IMG/VR virus record: IMGVR_UViG_3300021061_000001
Origin: a virus
Strand: one strand, 5' to 3'
DNA: 64,000 bases
In this document: positions 1 through 9,548 of the stretch, piece after piece
Numbering within the stretch: position 1 is the stretch's first letter
How the letters are laid out: each line of letters begins with the position of its first letter
Translations under genes and position numbers: made by a program
Notes under the pieces: model-generated
The model's input: only the letters and a program-made list of their open reading frames with translations
What the model was told of the DNA's origin: nothing
Database searches by the model: none

Positions 1-1
1 C

Positions 2-1231
2 GACCTCACCGAACTGTCGGTTCCCGACCTGGCCGACATGATCTACGTTGTGGACGATCCGGCTGGCACGCCTCTGTCGCGCAAGATGTCCTTGAACAGG
101 CTTCTCGGTCTGCGGCAGTCGGTCTGCGAGGGCAGGCTGACGCTGGTCAGTGGGCAGCCCCTGTACGAGCCGACGAAGTTCCTCACGCCTTCCTCTGTGA
201 ATAGCACGACGGACATCGCTACGTTCTCTTCGGCGCATGGGCTCGTGACAGGAACTCTCGTGAAGCATCTTGGCCCGGGCATCTCCGGCATTACGGCCGG
301 CACGACATCCTGGATTCTGGCACAGTCAAGCACCACGGTGAGCTTTCATTCTTCATTGAGTGACGCCCTCTCGGACACTAACAGGAGAAACATCACAAGC
401 ACCACGATCTCCGGTGGCGCTTCCCTGCGGTTTATCGGCGTACAGAGCGGCACGCTTTATTTCACTCCGTATGTAGGCAACTGGATTGGGCTCTATGACG
501 GCACGCGCTGGAAGGTGCATTCGTTCACCGAACGCAGTTTGACGCTTGTTGGTCTTACGAGTGGCACGCCCTACGACGTGTTCATCTACGACAATGCTGG
601 CACGCTGACGTTGGAGTTATCGGCGGCGTGGGCGGACGACAACACGAGAACCGATGCCCTAGCCACGCAAGATGGCATACTCGTGAAATCCGGCGCGCCT
701 ACCAGGCGTTGGCTTGGCATCATCTACCCAATCGGAACGAATAGGGCTGATGATTCCGAAAGGAGCCGCCACCTTTTGAACGGTTACAACCAGGTGCCGC
801 GTTCAGTCTACATATGTCCGTCGTACAGGGACGATAACGCCTCGACGACATTTACTCATGGTGCGACTGGCGGCGAGGCTGGCGGCTGGACGGACGCCAC
901 AGAAGAAAACGTCAGTGGTGCCGTCAGCTTTCTCAGCGACGGCAGGAGCGCCTGTCGTTTCTGTTTCCAAGCCAGTGCCAATGCCATTTTCCGTGTCGGC
1001 TTACGAATCAACCCAGACACGCCGAGCAACATCGTAGCGAGTTCTGGAGGTGGCACTGGCAACATGGCCATGGCGACCTGGGCCGGCCTTCTGCCTGCTG
1101 GCCAGAACGGCGCCGCTGGAGTTGTTTTCGCCAGCGCCACCACCACGGCCTACAGCGTGGATTTTTCGCGAGGCTCCATATCCCTGCGCGATGTGCCCCT
1201 GACTCATCTCGAAGGTGTCGTGTATGGCTGA
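2..1231 (+). CDS. fibre/tail-associated virion protein, 5' end outside window
   Basis: The frame is open from the window edge, with no stop before the listed Met at 38. The 3' end overlaps the next gene start (GTGTATGGCTGA). It sits directly upstream of the fibre-paralog cassette. Confidence 0.6.
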   Translation, partial: DLTELSVPDLADMIYVVDDPAGTPLSRKMSLNRLLGLRQSVCEGRLTLVSGQPLYEPTKFLTPSSVNSTTDIATFSSAHGLVTGTLVKHLGPGISGITAGTTSWILAQSSTTVSFHSSLSDALSDTNRRNITSTTISGGASLRFIGVQSGTLYFTPYVGNWIGLYDGTRWKVHSFTERSLTLVGLTSGTPYDVFIYDNAGTLTLELSAAWADDNTRTDALATQDGILVKSGAPTRRWLGIIYPIGTNRADDSERSRHLLNGYNQVPRSVYICPSYRDDNASTTFTHGATGGEAGGWTDATEENVSGAVSFLSDGRSACRFCFQASANAIFRVGLRINPDTPSNIVASSGGGTGNMAMATWAGLLPAGQNGAAGVVFASATTTAYSVDFSRGSISLRDVPLTHLEGVVYG

Positions 1232-2489
1232 GCAGATCCTGAACGGCCCGATGAACCGCCTCCTGACTGGCCTTCAGTCGCAGAGCTACGGCGCGCATGT
1301 CCTGGGCATCTCCGGCACGCCCAAGACCACGGACATCGATGCCTCGATCACCATTACCTGGTCCGGCTCGCAGACCGGCACGGACGAGACGAACGCCGCC
1401 GCCTACATCGCCGCCTTCGACTGGCAGTATTCCACGACCGAGCGCGTGGCCCAACTCAACTGGAACGGCGAGGTGCTGGCCGCTCTCATCATGCAGGTGG
1501 ACCGGCTCCGGCGCGGGGATTGGACCGACGGCTGGGACTCGGCCCTCATCGCCACGGAGCGGGCCAAGGTCGAGAACTACTACAACAGCGTGGCCCCGAC
1601 CAACACGGTGCCCGGGGCCCAGACCATCGCCACGGGCCTCACCATCACCTTCTCGGGCGCGAAACAGATTTCGATTGCCGACGCGGCCCTGACCGGCAAC
1701 ATCAAGGTCACCCTGACGGTGACGAGCGGCACCCTCACCCTGTCGGGGACAACTGGCCTCACATTCACCACTGGCGACGGCACCAATGACGCCACGATGG
1801 TGTTCACGGGGACGCTCACCAACTGCAACAACGCCATCAACGGCATGACCTACACCGCGCCGGGTGGCGCTGGCTCTGACACCTTGACCATCACTGCGGA
1901 CGATCAGGCCAATACGGTGTTCGGGGCGGCCACGGGGATCAACCTGTGGGACAGGGACACGGTGGCCATCACGATCAACACGCTGTCCTCGTCGGAAGCG
2001 ATCGTCGGCACCGGCCTGGACGATTCCAGCTACGGCACGGCAACATGGCTCACGCCGACCAACATCCAGACCGATGACACCAACTACGCGACATGCCCCA
2101 ATGCCCCCATGGGCGCCGATACCAAGAGTCACTACCTCAAGGGTCGCAACTGCGGCTTCATGATCGCGTCGGACAAGACGATTGCCGGCATCGAAGTGAA
2201 AATCAACCGCAAGAAAACGGGCACCCACGCCATCACCGACGACCGCGTGCGCATCGTCAAGGCCGACGGCACGATCGGCACCACCGACAAGTCCACCGGC
2301 TCGGCCTGGACGACATCCGACGTGGAAGCGGTCTACGGTTCCAGCAGCGACCTCTGGGGCGAGACGTGGACTTACGCCGACATCAACGACGCGGACTTCG
2401 GCGCGGTGATCGCGGTCAACCTCGTGTCGGGAATGCCACCTGCGGATGCACAGGTCGATTACATGAAGATCAAGGTCTACTACTACTAG
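1224..2489 (+). CDS. fibre-like paralog 1 (421 aa)
   Basis: ATG at 1224 has GAAGGTG 6 nt upstream; the track start at 1215 is GTG. The N-terminus (LL.GLQSQSYGA.VLG ... W.G.Q) and C-terminus (ADINDADFG..IAVN ... VYY) are shared with the ORFs at 3232, 4782 and 6343. Confidence 0.75.
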   Translation: MAEQILNGPMNRLLTGLQSQSYGAHVLGISGTPKTTDIDASITITWSGSQTGTDETNAAAYIAAFDWQYSTTERVAQLNWNGEVLAALIMQVDRLRRGDWTDGWDSALIATERAKVENYYNSVAPTNTVPGAQTIATGLTITFSGAKQISIADAALTGNIKVTLTVTSGTLTLSGTTGLTFTTGDGTNDATMVFTGTLTNCNNAINGMTYTAPGGAGSDTLTITADDQANTVFGAATGINLWDRDTVAITINTLSSSEAIVGTGLDDSSYGTATWLTPTNIQTDDTNYATCPNAPMGADTKSHYLKGRNCGFMIASDKTIAGIEVKINRKKTGTHAITDDRVRIVKADGTIGTTDKSTGSAWTTSDVEAVYGSSSDLWGETWTYADINDADFGAVIAVNLVSGMPPADAQVDYMKIKVYYY

Positions 2490-2495
2490 CCGCCC

Positions 2496-2726
2496 ATGAC
2501 GGAAGAGGAACTGAAAACCTGGGAGGAGCGGCTGCGGCAGCGCGAGGAGTTGATCGTGGAGCGGGAGCAGGCTTTGTGGATGTGGTGGCTTAAAGGGCTG
2601 CAAGGGTGTGCTGGCAGCCTGCACGGCCTGCAAAAGCATGGCTTCGCGATTACGCCGCCGTGGCGCAAGGTGCTCAAGGATCAAGTGGATGTTCTCGGCG
2701 AAACGCTGACCAAGCTGGGAGACTGA
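2496..2726 (+). CDS. small coiled-coil protein (76 aa), possible fibre assembly factor
   Basis: The ORF fills the gap between two fibre-module genes. The N-terminus is charged and helical (EELKTWEERLRQREELIVEREQ). The RBS is weak. Confidence 0.45.
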   Translation: MTEEELKTWEERLRQREELIVEREQALWMWWLKGLQGCAGSLHGLQKHGFAITPPWRKVLKDQVDVLGETLTKLGD

Positions 2727-2727
2727 T

Positions 2728-3222
2728 ATGGCATCCGGTAATCATCTGGCTGTTTTCCATGCCCGCGACGGCTTCCCGCCCGCGTCGAACTACGGCGCGC
2801 GGGACGCGCGGAACACGAACCCCGTCGTGGACTTCGACCCGTCCACGATCGAAACCTTGTACTTCGACGGCATCCTGTCGCACCTCTACGGCGGCGGCGG
2901 GCTGACGTTCGAGATATGGTTCGCCATGACCACTGCCACCTCTGGCAACGTGGTCCTGGGCCTGGCCATGGAGCGGCACCAGGACGGCACGGACACCATC
3001 GCCTCGGACAGCTTCGCGACGGAGCAGACCGCGACCGTGGCCGTGCCCGGAACGGCGGGGGTGGTGAAGAAGGGGACCATCACCATGACCTCCGGGGCGC
3101 AGATGGACAGCCTAGCGGCCGGGGAGCACTTCCGGCTTCGCTTCCGCCGCGTGGCCGACAACGGCTCGGACACGGCGGCGGGGGACTGTGAGCTGATCGC
3201 GATTTTGGTCAAGGAGACGTAG
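2728..3222 (+). CDS. conserved 164-aa virion-module protein, paralog of 10813..11307
   Basis: GGGAGA RBS lies 5 nt upstream. It aligns by eye over its full length with the ORF at 10813 (MASGN, SNYA..D.RN..PV.DFD..TIE, ERHQD, GAQMDS.A.GEHFRL, ET end). Confidence 0.75.
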   Translation: MASGNHLAVFHARDGFPPASNYGARDARNTNPVVDFDPSTIETLYFDGILSHLYGGGGLTFEIWFAMTTATSGNVVLGLAMERHQDGTDTIASDSFATEQTATVAVPGTAGVVKKGTITMTSGAQMDSLAAGEHFRLRFRRVADNGSDTAAGDCELIAILVKET

Positions 3223-3231
3223 GAGGCACCC

Positions 3232-4767
3232 ATGGCCGTCACTAGCCTGCAAAAGGTCCAGGAACGTCTGCTGGCCGCGCTGCAAGCCGCTTCGTTTGGA
3301 GCGAAGGTGGTCGGCGTGGACCCGTACCCGCCCGCCGTCACCGATGCTACGCGCCAGCAACTGGTGATGGCCGGCGACGGGGACGAGTGGATGATCCGCT
3401 GGGACGGTACACAGAGCGAAGACGATACGACGGCAGCAGCAAATGCCGTTGGCGACTTCGACATGACCGAGACGCCGAGCGATGCGGCCGAAGAGTCACC
3501 AGCCAAAATCTCCCAGGGCACCTACGCCGCAATGCTGTTGGCGATGAACCAACTCATCAGGAAGGAGGAAGTGCAAGAGGATGCTGCCTCGCTGATCTCT
3601 GGTGCCGCAAAGGACATCACTGTCCTGACCACCAATTTCTCGGACACCTCGACTTACTTCGTGTCTGGCCCGGCCGCCAGTCCAACTATCAGCGTCAATA
3701 AGGGGCCTGTCGGTGGTTTCTCATTGTCTGGCCCGGTGGATTTTGGTGCTCAGCGTGCGGATGGCACCTTTCATGTGACACGCGGACAATTCGTGTTCGG
3801 CGGCACCGTGCCGAACGGTGTTAACGCGGCGGGGCCTGGACAGTGGAACATCGCGGGGTTTCGTGATTGGCCGACGATCCTCGAAGCGCAATCCTTGGAC
3901 CAGAATTTCCAGCCAGTAGGCAAGGTAAAGTTGTCGCGGACTAACGGAGATACTGGTCCCAACGCCGCCACCTTCCTTGTCGGTGATGCCGTCAACGGCT
4001 CCCAGCGTCTTGTGCTCGAAGGGACAGCGATCGAAATCTACGAATACCTCAACGTCACCTTCAAGGGTGATACCGGACCTCTCCCTCTTGGCACGTACTA
4101 CGTCAAATTGCGGGCCACGATCGAGGACCCGGTGTTCGGCGACAAGTACACCGGCAAGTGCAGAATCATGGCGATGGTTGGCTTTCTGCAAAACAACACT
4201 TATACGCCATGGGTCTATCCGACGAGCGTGACTACCACAGCCTCGACTCCGAGTTACCCATGGCTTAGCCCCAACGCGATCCGGTCCAAAGACAACCAGT
4301 TCGCTTTTTGTGCCGGCGCTCCGCGGCGGCCGTGCTCCTCGCCTCCCGCAGTGGTGAACAGCGATTGGCTGAATGCCTTGTTCCGATTCAGCGTGGCCGA
4401 CTTCGGTATGTCCGAGGGGGTCATTGGCAACGGCGTGAGGATTCGCGGTATCGAACTTCAGATCAAGAAGGCGAATCTCAGCGCTGGTGGTCAAATCTGG
4501 GATGAGACGCTGAAATTCGATCGTCCCGTCGCCGACAACAAAGCGAGTCCGGTGTTTTGGCAGAGAACGAACGGCAGCGAAGTGCCATGGAATACTTACG
4601 GCGGTCCAGGCGACAGATGGGGGACCACGCTTGACAACCACGTCGATTTCGTCAATGGCGTTACCATCAAACTGCGAGCGGCCCTCGGCACGTCGGCCCT
4701 TCTCGAAACCACCACGGCCATGATCGACACCATGCGTATGCGAGTTCGCTACGAACCAAGACCGTAA
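3232..4767 (+). CDS. fibre-like paralog 2 (511 aa)
   Basis: GGAGG RBS. The N-terminus (LQKVQERLLAALQAASFGAKVVGVDPYPPAVTDA ... W.IRWDGTQ) is shared with the ORF at 4782. The C-terminal beta-domain ends MIDTMRMRVRY. Confidence 0.8.
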   Translation: MAVTSLQKVQERLLAALQAASFGAKVVGVDPYPPAVTDATRQQLVMAGDGDEWMIRWDGTQSEDDTTAAANAVGDFDMTETPSDAAEESPAKISQGTYAAMLLAMNQLIRKEEVQEDAASLISGAAKDITVLTTNFSDTSTYFVSGPAASPTISVNKGPVGGFSLSGPVDFGAQRADGTFHVTRGQFVFGGTVPNGVNAAGPGQWNIAGFRDWPTILEAQSLDQNFQPVGKVKLSRTNGDTGPNAATFLVGDAVNGSQRLVLEGTAIEIYEYLNVTFKGDTGPLPLGTYYVKLRATIEDPVFGDKYTGKCRIMAMVGFLQNNTYTPWVYPTSVTTTASTPSYPWLSPNAIRSKDNQFAFCAGAPRRPCSSPPAVVNSDWLNALFRFSVADFGMSEGVIGNGVRIRGIELQIKKANLSAGGQIWDETLKFDRPVADNKASPVFWQRTNGSEVPWNTYGGPGDRWGTTLDNHVDFVNGVTIKLRAALGTSALLETTTAMIDTMRMRVRYEPRP

Positions 4768-4781
4768 GGAACCAAGCCACA

Positions 4782-6329
4782 ATGGCAACCGTACTCGAAA
4801 AACTCCGCGACCGGCTCACGACCAGCCTTCAGAGCCAGTTCGGCTCGAAGTTCCTGAAGCTGGATCCCTACCCGCCAGCAATCACCGACGCGGCCACGCA
4901 GCAGGTCGTGGAGGGCGCGGACGGGCTGGAGTGGATGGTGACGTGGGACGGCACGCAGACCGATGTAGATATGGCGAAGGCGCAAGCGATCGTCCAGGGG
5001 TCGGATGCAGTCTCGACACCCGAAGAGGAGGCCGCCGAGTCGCCAGCCGTCATCTCTTCAAGCACCCATGGGGCCTTGCTGGTGGCGGTGAACAAGCTGA
5101 TCCTGGGCGAAACCGTGCCCGTCAATGCGGCAGCGGAGGTGGCGGCTGCGGCGAGCCAGGCGCAGATTGCTTCCGGGCGGGCCTTGTCCTACGTGGTCAG
5201 CGGCGCGGCGGCAAACCCGGTGATCCTGGAGCAGCAGCAAGGCGCTCCGCGTTTCATCGGCCCTGGTACGGCTACCGGCGACCTGAATGCCAACGTACTG
5301 CGGCGCGGCCTGGCGAATGAGGAGTTGAACGTCGTCGCCCTCGCGCATGGATTCCATAACACGCCCGCCAATGCCGAAATTTCTTTGCAGATTCGATTTG
5401 AGTTTGCCAACACGGGCCAGCAGCTACCCGCAGTGGTCATCTTGTCGCGTGGGGCTTCGGCGCCGAACTGCGTCATAGGCGGCAACGTCAACGGGGACGC
5501 TGGTTTTCTCCTGCGCGGGAGGCGTGACGATGTTTTGATGAATCTGTTCATCAGAGTTCCCAAGGGCAGCCTCCCGATCCAGCGGACCATCAGGATCATC
5601 TACAACGCTACCATCAACGTCCCCGGAGTCGGCATCCACAGTAACAGGCAAATTGCCACCTTCATGTTTGGTCCGCTGCCGGGTGACAGGACGCCATGGC
5701 GATCTCCAACCTCCGCGATTACGACATCCACTCCTGACGGGGATCATGATTGGAGTGGCAACGATAACGATATTTTGCGCTCAGATGATCGGTCCATGTT
5801 CGTGGTAGGCGACCGAAACTGCATGGATCCGCGCATAGGAGTGCGAACACCCTTGGCGGAGGTGAAATCTTACTGGCTGAGGTTTTGCTTCCTGTTCAGG
5901 GCGTCGGACTTCGGCCTAATCAATGGAGATCCCGCCAGCAGGGCCACGATTCAGGGGATCGAGTTTTCCATTCTAAGGCGAGCCGCAGGCCCAGGCGTGC
6001 CTGGGGCTGTCTTAGACGAGTGGGTCAAGGTCGGTCATGACGATGGCGGAACTGAAATGATAGGCACGTCTGGGGTCGGGGGGACCGTATGGCCGGCCGC
6101 TTGGTCCTGGCAAACGTGGGGCGCTCCTCCAGCCGTTGGCGGATCTGGAAACTACCTCTGGCTAGACCCTGCCGCCCCTCCAGCGCCTGCACCGTTTTGG
6201 GACTGGATCAAGTGCCAAACGATGTACGGCTATCTCCAGGTCAAACTTGTTACGCCGACGGCTACGGCCGGGATGGTGCAGGCCATCGTGGACACGGCTC
6301 GGATGCGCATTTGGTTTCGCAGGAACTAA
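4782..6329 (+). CDS. fibre-like paralog 3 (515 aa)
   Basis: The N-terminus (LEKLRDRLTTSLQSQFGSKFLKLDPYPPAITDA ... WMVTWDGTQ) is shared with the ORF at 3232. The C-terminus ends IVDTARMRIWF, parallel to paralog 2. Confidence 0.8.
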   Translation: MATVLEKLRDRLTTSLQSQFGSKFLKLDPYPPAITDAATQQVVEGADGLEWMVTWDGTQTDVDMAKAQAIVQGSDAVSTPEEEAAESPAVISSSTHGALLVAVNKLILGETVPVNAAAEVAAAASQAQIASGRALSYVVSGAAANPVILEQQQGAPRFIGPGTATGDLNANVLRRGLANEELNVVALAHGFHNTPANAEISLQIRFEFANTGQQLPAVVILSRGASAPNCVIGGNVNGDAGFLLRGRRDDVLMNLFIRVPKGSLPIQRTIRIIYNATINVPGVGIHSNRQIATFMFGPLPGDRTPWRSPTSAITTSTPDGDHDWSGNDNDILRSDDRSMFVVGDRNCMDPRIGVRTPLAEVKSYWLRFCFLFRASDFGLINGDPASRATIQGIEFSILRRAAGPGVPGAVLDEWVKVGHDDGGTEMIGTSGVGGTVWPAAWSWQTWGAPPAVGGSGNYLWLDPAAPPAPAPFWDWIKCQTMYGYLQVKLVTPTATAGMVQAIVDTARMRIWFRRN

Positions 6330-6342
6330 AGAGGAGACAAAC

Positions 6343-7662
6343 ATGCGCGACATGGTGAAACGGCTCTACTCGGATCTCAAGGGCCAGAGTTACGGCGACA
6401 AGATCCTCGGCATGCGCGTCGATCCCGACGCCTCGGTGGGTCTGTCCTGGGACGGCACGCAGAGCAACGTCGATGTCGATGCCGCCAAGGCCGTCATCGA
6501 CGCCTTCGACTGGAACCCCAAGAACGCCGAGCGGGCCGCCCACGCCGGGCGCCCCGACGATGCGACCCTGACGGCTCTCGTCGTGGCGGTGAAGGAACTC
6601 AACGACCAGGTACAGAAACTTCGCCGCGGCGACTTCTCCGACTCGGCTCCCGCTTCGTGGGCGACCTCGGCCCTGGCCACGCCTGCCAGCAACGCCACGA
6701 CCGAGCAGGCCATCAGCGGGCCGGTCATCACGGCCCCATCGTCCAAGACGGTGGCGAACGCCTCGACCATCACGTTCTCGGGCGGCGATCTGATCTCGAT
6801 CGCTCACTCGTCCCTGACCGGCGACATCCAGGTGTCGCTGACCGTGGGAGGAGGCACCCTTACCCTGTCCGGCACGACGGGGCTCAGCTTCGCTTTCACG
6901 GCGGACAACTACGGCACGGCGGCCGGGGATGGCACGGGCGACGCCACGATGGTGTTCCGCGGCAGCCTGACCAATGTCAACAACGCCCTCAGCGGCATGG
7001 TCTACACGCCCACGACGGGAGTGTACGGCACCGATACGCTCACGATCACAGTCAACGATCTGGCCAACTCGCCGTGCGATTGCTGCGCCCAGACGGCCAC
7101 AAGGACCGTTAGCATCTCCGTGTACGGGCTCTCGTCCGGCCCGCGCCTGGCCACGGTCGGGGCCACCAGCAACAGCAACGGCGGCACGGCGGACTGGCCC
7201 AGCCCCAACGATGGCCGCATCACCGCCGACGATGGCAACTACGCCATCGCGGCTGGCTCGCCGACGCCGGGGCAGCAACTCAGCTACTACCTGTTCCTCA
7301 AGACGTTCGGCTTCAACCTCCCCTCGAACGCGATCATCGACGGCATCCTGTTCGAGGTGAAGCGGAAGGCCACGGCGGGCACGGGCGGGGTAACGACCGA
7401 CAACGAGGTGCGGGCCATTACGGCCGACGGCACGCTGGCGTCGAGCAACCTGGCCCAGGCCGCGTGGGCGACCACGGAGGGCTGGGTGCCTTACGGAGGG
7501 CCTACGGAATTGTGGGGGGCGACCTGGGCACACACCGACATCAACGACGCCGACTTCGGCCTCGCCATCGCGGTCAACGTCTGGGGTGGAATGTTGCCGG
7601 GCACCACGCCGTCTGACGCGCAGGTCAACACCTGCCGCTGCACGGTCTATTACCACACGTAG
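6343..7662 (+). CDS. fibre-like paralog 4 (439 aa)
   Basis: ATG at 6343 has GAGGAGA upstream. It shares with paralog 1 the ITFSG..ISIA..LTG.I.V.LTV..GTLTLSGTTGL ... DATMVF.G.L.N.NNA..GM.Y module and the TDINDADFG C-terminus. Confidence 0.8.
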   Translation: MRDMVKRLYSDLKGQSYGDKILGMRVDPDASVGLSWDGTQSNVDVDAAKAVIDAFDWNPKNAERAAHAGRPDDATLTALVVAVKELNDQVQKLRRGDFSDSAPASWATSALATPASNATTEQAISGPVITAPSSKTVANASTITFSGGDLISIAHSSLTGDIQVSLTVGGGTLTLSGTTGLSFAFTADNYGTAAGDGTGDATMVFRGSLTNVNNALSGMVYTPTTGVYGTDTLTITVNDLANSPCDCCAQTATRTVSISVYGLSSGPRLATVGATSNSNGGTADWPSPNDGRITADDGNYAIAAGSPTPGQQLSYYLFLKTFGFNLPSNAIIDGILFEVKRKATAGTGGVTTDNEVRAITADGTLASSNLAQAAWATTEGWVPYGGPTELWGATWAHTDINDADFGLAIAVNVWGGMLPGTTPSDAQVNTCRCTVYYHT

Positions 7663-7958
7663 GCCAGGAGGCGGCGAAGTGTGCCGGTAAGGCGCGGAGG
7701 AGGCGGGGAGGCAGGTAGTACGGCGCTGTAACGTGGCTGGCCGTGATGGTACGAAACAACGATGTCGCTGCGAAAGTTGGTCCACCAATGATCTTCCCAG
7801 CCATCTTCAGGAGTGTCGCTGCGACCTATGCCCGTGAACACGAACCGGGCCGGTTCGGTCGGAACAGGGGCTGTCCACCAGCAACATGCCAGGTTGGCGA
7901 CCACGCAGAGCAGGACAGCAGCCTCGGCGAGGCAAACGACTTTCAAGGCGGCTTTCAT
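7650..7958 (-). CDS. small secreted/membrane protein on the opposite strand (102 aa, moron-like)
   Basis: ATG at 7958 has GAGGAGG 6 nt upstream. The N-terminus is hydrophobic (MKAALKVVCLAEAAVLLCVVANLACCWW). It occupies a 520-bp gap that has no credible + strand ORF. Confidence 0.55.
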   Translation of the reverse strand: MKAALKVVCLAEAAVLLCVVANLACCWWTAPVPTEPARFVFTGIGRSDTPEDGWEDHWWTNFRSDIVVSYHHGQPRYSAVLPASPPPPRLTGTLRRLLAYVW

Positions 7959-8097
7959 GGCTGACCTCCTCAAGGCAAGTGTAGCCCGCAAAGCGGGGTG
8001 AAGCAAAATGGGTGGCCCGATCCTCTTGACCCTGTTGCAGCTTGGCGGCTCGGCCGTCGGTGACGCGCCGGCCGCGTTCGATCCGTGCGCGGTCCAC

Positions 8098-8187
8098 TAC
8101 CGCAGCCGCCCCGAGGAAACACTGACCCCGCGCAGCTTCCCCGAGGAGTCCGGCCAGCCGCGCACGCGGCCCGAGGAGTGCTAAGAT
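8098..8187 (+). repeat. three imperfect 30-bp tandem units, each containing CCCGAGGA
   Basis: CCCGAGGA occurs at 8110, 8140 and 8170, exactly 30 nt apart. CCGCGCA occurs at 8128 and 8158. The last unit supplies the RBS of the gene at 8186. Confidence 0.6.
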
Positions 8188-9373
8188 GCCGAATCAACGG
8201 CTCATCACGTTTCGCGATTGCGTCGAGCACCTCTTGGACTATACCGGGGGCGGCACGGACGAGATCAACCTGCGCCGCGCCCGCCGCGCCGTCCTCAACG
8301 CCTACCGCGAAGTCAGCAACGCCCGCCCCTGGCATTACTACTTCCGCCTCGGCAAGATCAACACCGTCGCCAGCTACTCCACCGGCACCGTGGCCTACGA
8401 CCACACCGGCGGCAGCAACGAGCGAGAACTGACCCTGACCTCGGGAACCTGGCCGGACTGGGCCGGGCTGGGGACCGTTCTCGTGGACAACGTGCCCTAC
8501 GACGTGGCCGCGCGCGTCTCCGCGACGGTGCTCACCCTGTCGGTCAACAACAACCCCGGCGCCGATGTGGCGGCAGGGACCAGCTACCAGATTTTCCAGG
8601 ATACCTACCAGTTGCCGGGCGATTTCAAGTCGTGCGGCGAGATGGTGAACAGCACGACGGCGGGAACGATCCCCTACATCCAGCCCGACGAGTGGCCCGG
8701 CCTGCACCGCAGCCTGCGTGCCCCGGCCATGCCCAGCCACTTCACGATCACGTCCGACCCGCGTTATCACGGCGTCCTGGCCGTCCGTTTCGGGCCGCCA
8801 CCCAGTTCCACCTGGCGCTACGATTTCGTCTACCGCCGCAAGCCGCGCGACCTGGTGACGGAGAATTATTCGACCGGCACCGTGACGGTCAACTCGGCGT
8901 CCACGACCGTCACCGGCACCGGCACGGCCTGGACCACGGCCATGGAGGGGGCGGTGATCCGCTTTTCCGGGGATGGCACCAACCTGCCGACCAGCCCCGC
9001 GGGCGGGCCTGGCGGGGAGCCGGCGGTTGTGGAGCGGATCATCACCGACGTGGCCAGCGCCACCAGCCTGACGATCGACGCCGTGCCGGGACAGACCCTG
9101 ACGGCGGTGAAGTACCTGATCTCCGACCCCATCGACATCGAGATGGAGTCGATGCAGAACTACCTCTTGCGCGAGTGCGAGCGACAGGTCAGGATCGGCA
9201 CCAAGTACCAGCCCACGGCGTTCGAGGAGGAGTTGCACAAACTGGCGATGATGCAGGCGTTCGAGGCGGACAACCGGGCGACGGAGCCGCGCTGGAGCGG
9301 GTCGGGCAGGCGGGCGTGGCCTCGCGTGGACGACTTCCCGGCAGCGGCGGCACTGAGGACGAGTTTGCCATGA
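8186..9373 (+). CDS. virion structural protein (395 aa), function unknown
   Basis: GAGGAG RBS and balanced amino-acid composition. The stop overlaps the next start (ATGA at 9370-9373). Confidence 0.75.
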   Translation: MPNQRLITFRDCVEHLLDYTGGGTDEINLRRARRAVLNAYREVSNARPWHYYFRLGKINTVASYSTGTVAYDHTGGSNERELTLTSGTWPDWAGLGTVLVDNVPYDVAARVSATVLTLSVNNNPGADVAAGTSYQIFQDTYQLPGDFKSCGEMVNSTTAGTIPYIQPDEWPGLHRSLRAPAMPSHFTITSDPRYHGVLAVRFGPPPSSTWRYDFVYRRKPRDLVTENYSTGTVTVNSASTTVTGTGTAWTTAMEGAVIRFSGDGTNLPTSPAGGPGGEPAVVERIITDVASATSLTIDAVPGQTLTAVKYLISDPIDIEMESMQNYLLRECERQVRIGTKYQPTAFEEELHKLAMMQAFEADNRATEPRWSGSGRRAWPRVDDFPAAAALRTSLP

Positions 9374-9546
9374 AACCAGCACGGCCGGCCGTGGTGATCA
9401 TCGATTTTCCTGGGCTGCTCTCCAACGTCGATCCGATCGACTTCCCGGAGGGCGGGGCGGAAGTGCAGCTCAACCTGGCGTCCGTGACGCTGGGGGAGGC
9501 GGTAGTGCGGCGAGGGCTTCGCAAGGTCGATTTCGAGGACGACTAA
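9370..9546 (+). CDS. small protein (58 aa)
   Basis: ATG at 9370 overlaps the upstream stop. It lies in the frame of the longer track ORF 8218..9546. It fills the gap before 9549. Confidence 0.45.
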   Translation: MKPARPAVVIIDFPGLLSNVDPIDFPEGGAEVQLNLASVTLGEAVVRRGLRKVDFEDD

Positions 9547-9548
9547 CC

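Noticed and set aside
1008-2684. A long minus-strand ORF (558 aa). Similar ones lie at 6262..7788, 7970..9382, 11338..12711, 12856..14007, 16729..18258, 18674..19801 and 19925..21136.
   Set aside because: All are antisense shadows of + strand virion genes. All have Arg/Gly/His-rich, low-plausibility translations. The sense genes show paralogy, RBSs and coupling.
1224-7662. A diversity-generating retroelement acting on the fibre paralogs.
   Set aside because: No reverse transcriptase motif (YxDD-type ORF) appears anywhere in the window. I found no near-identical template/variable repeat pair differing at adenines.
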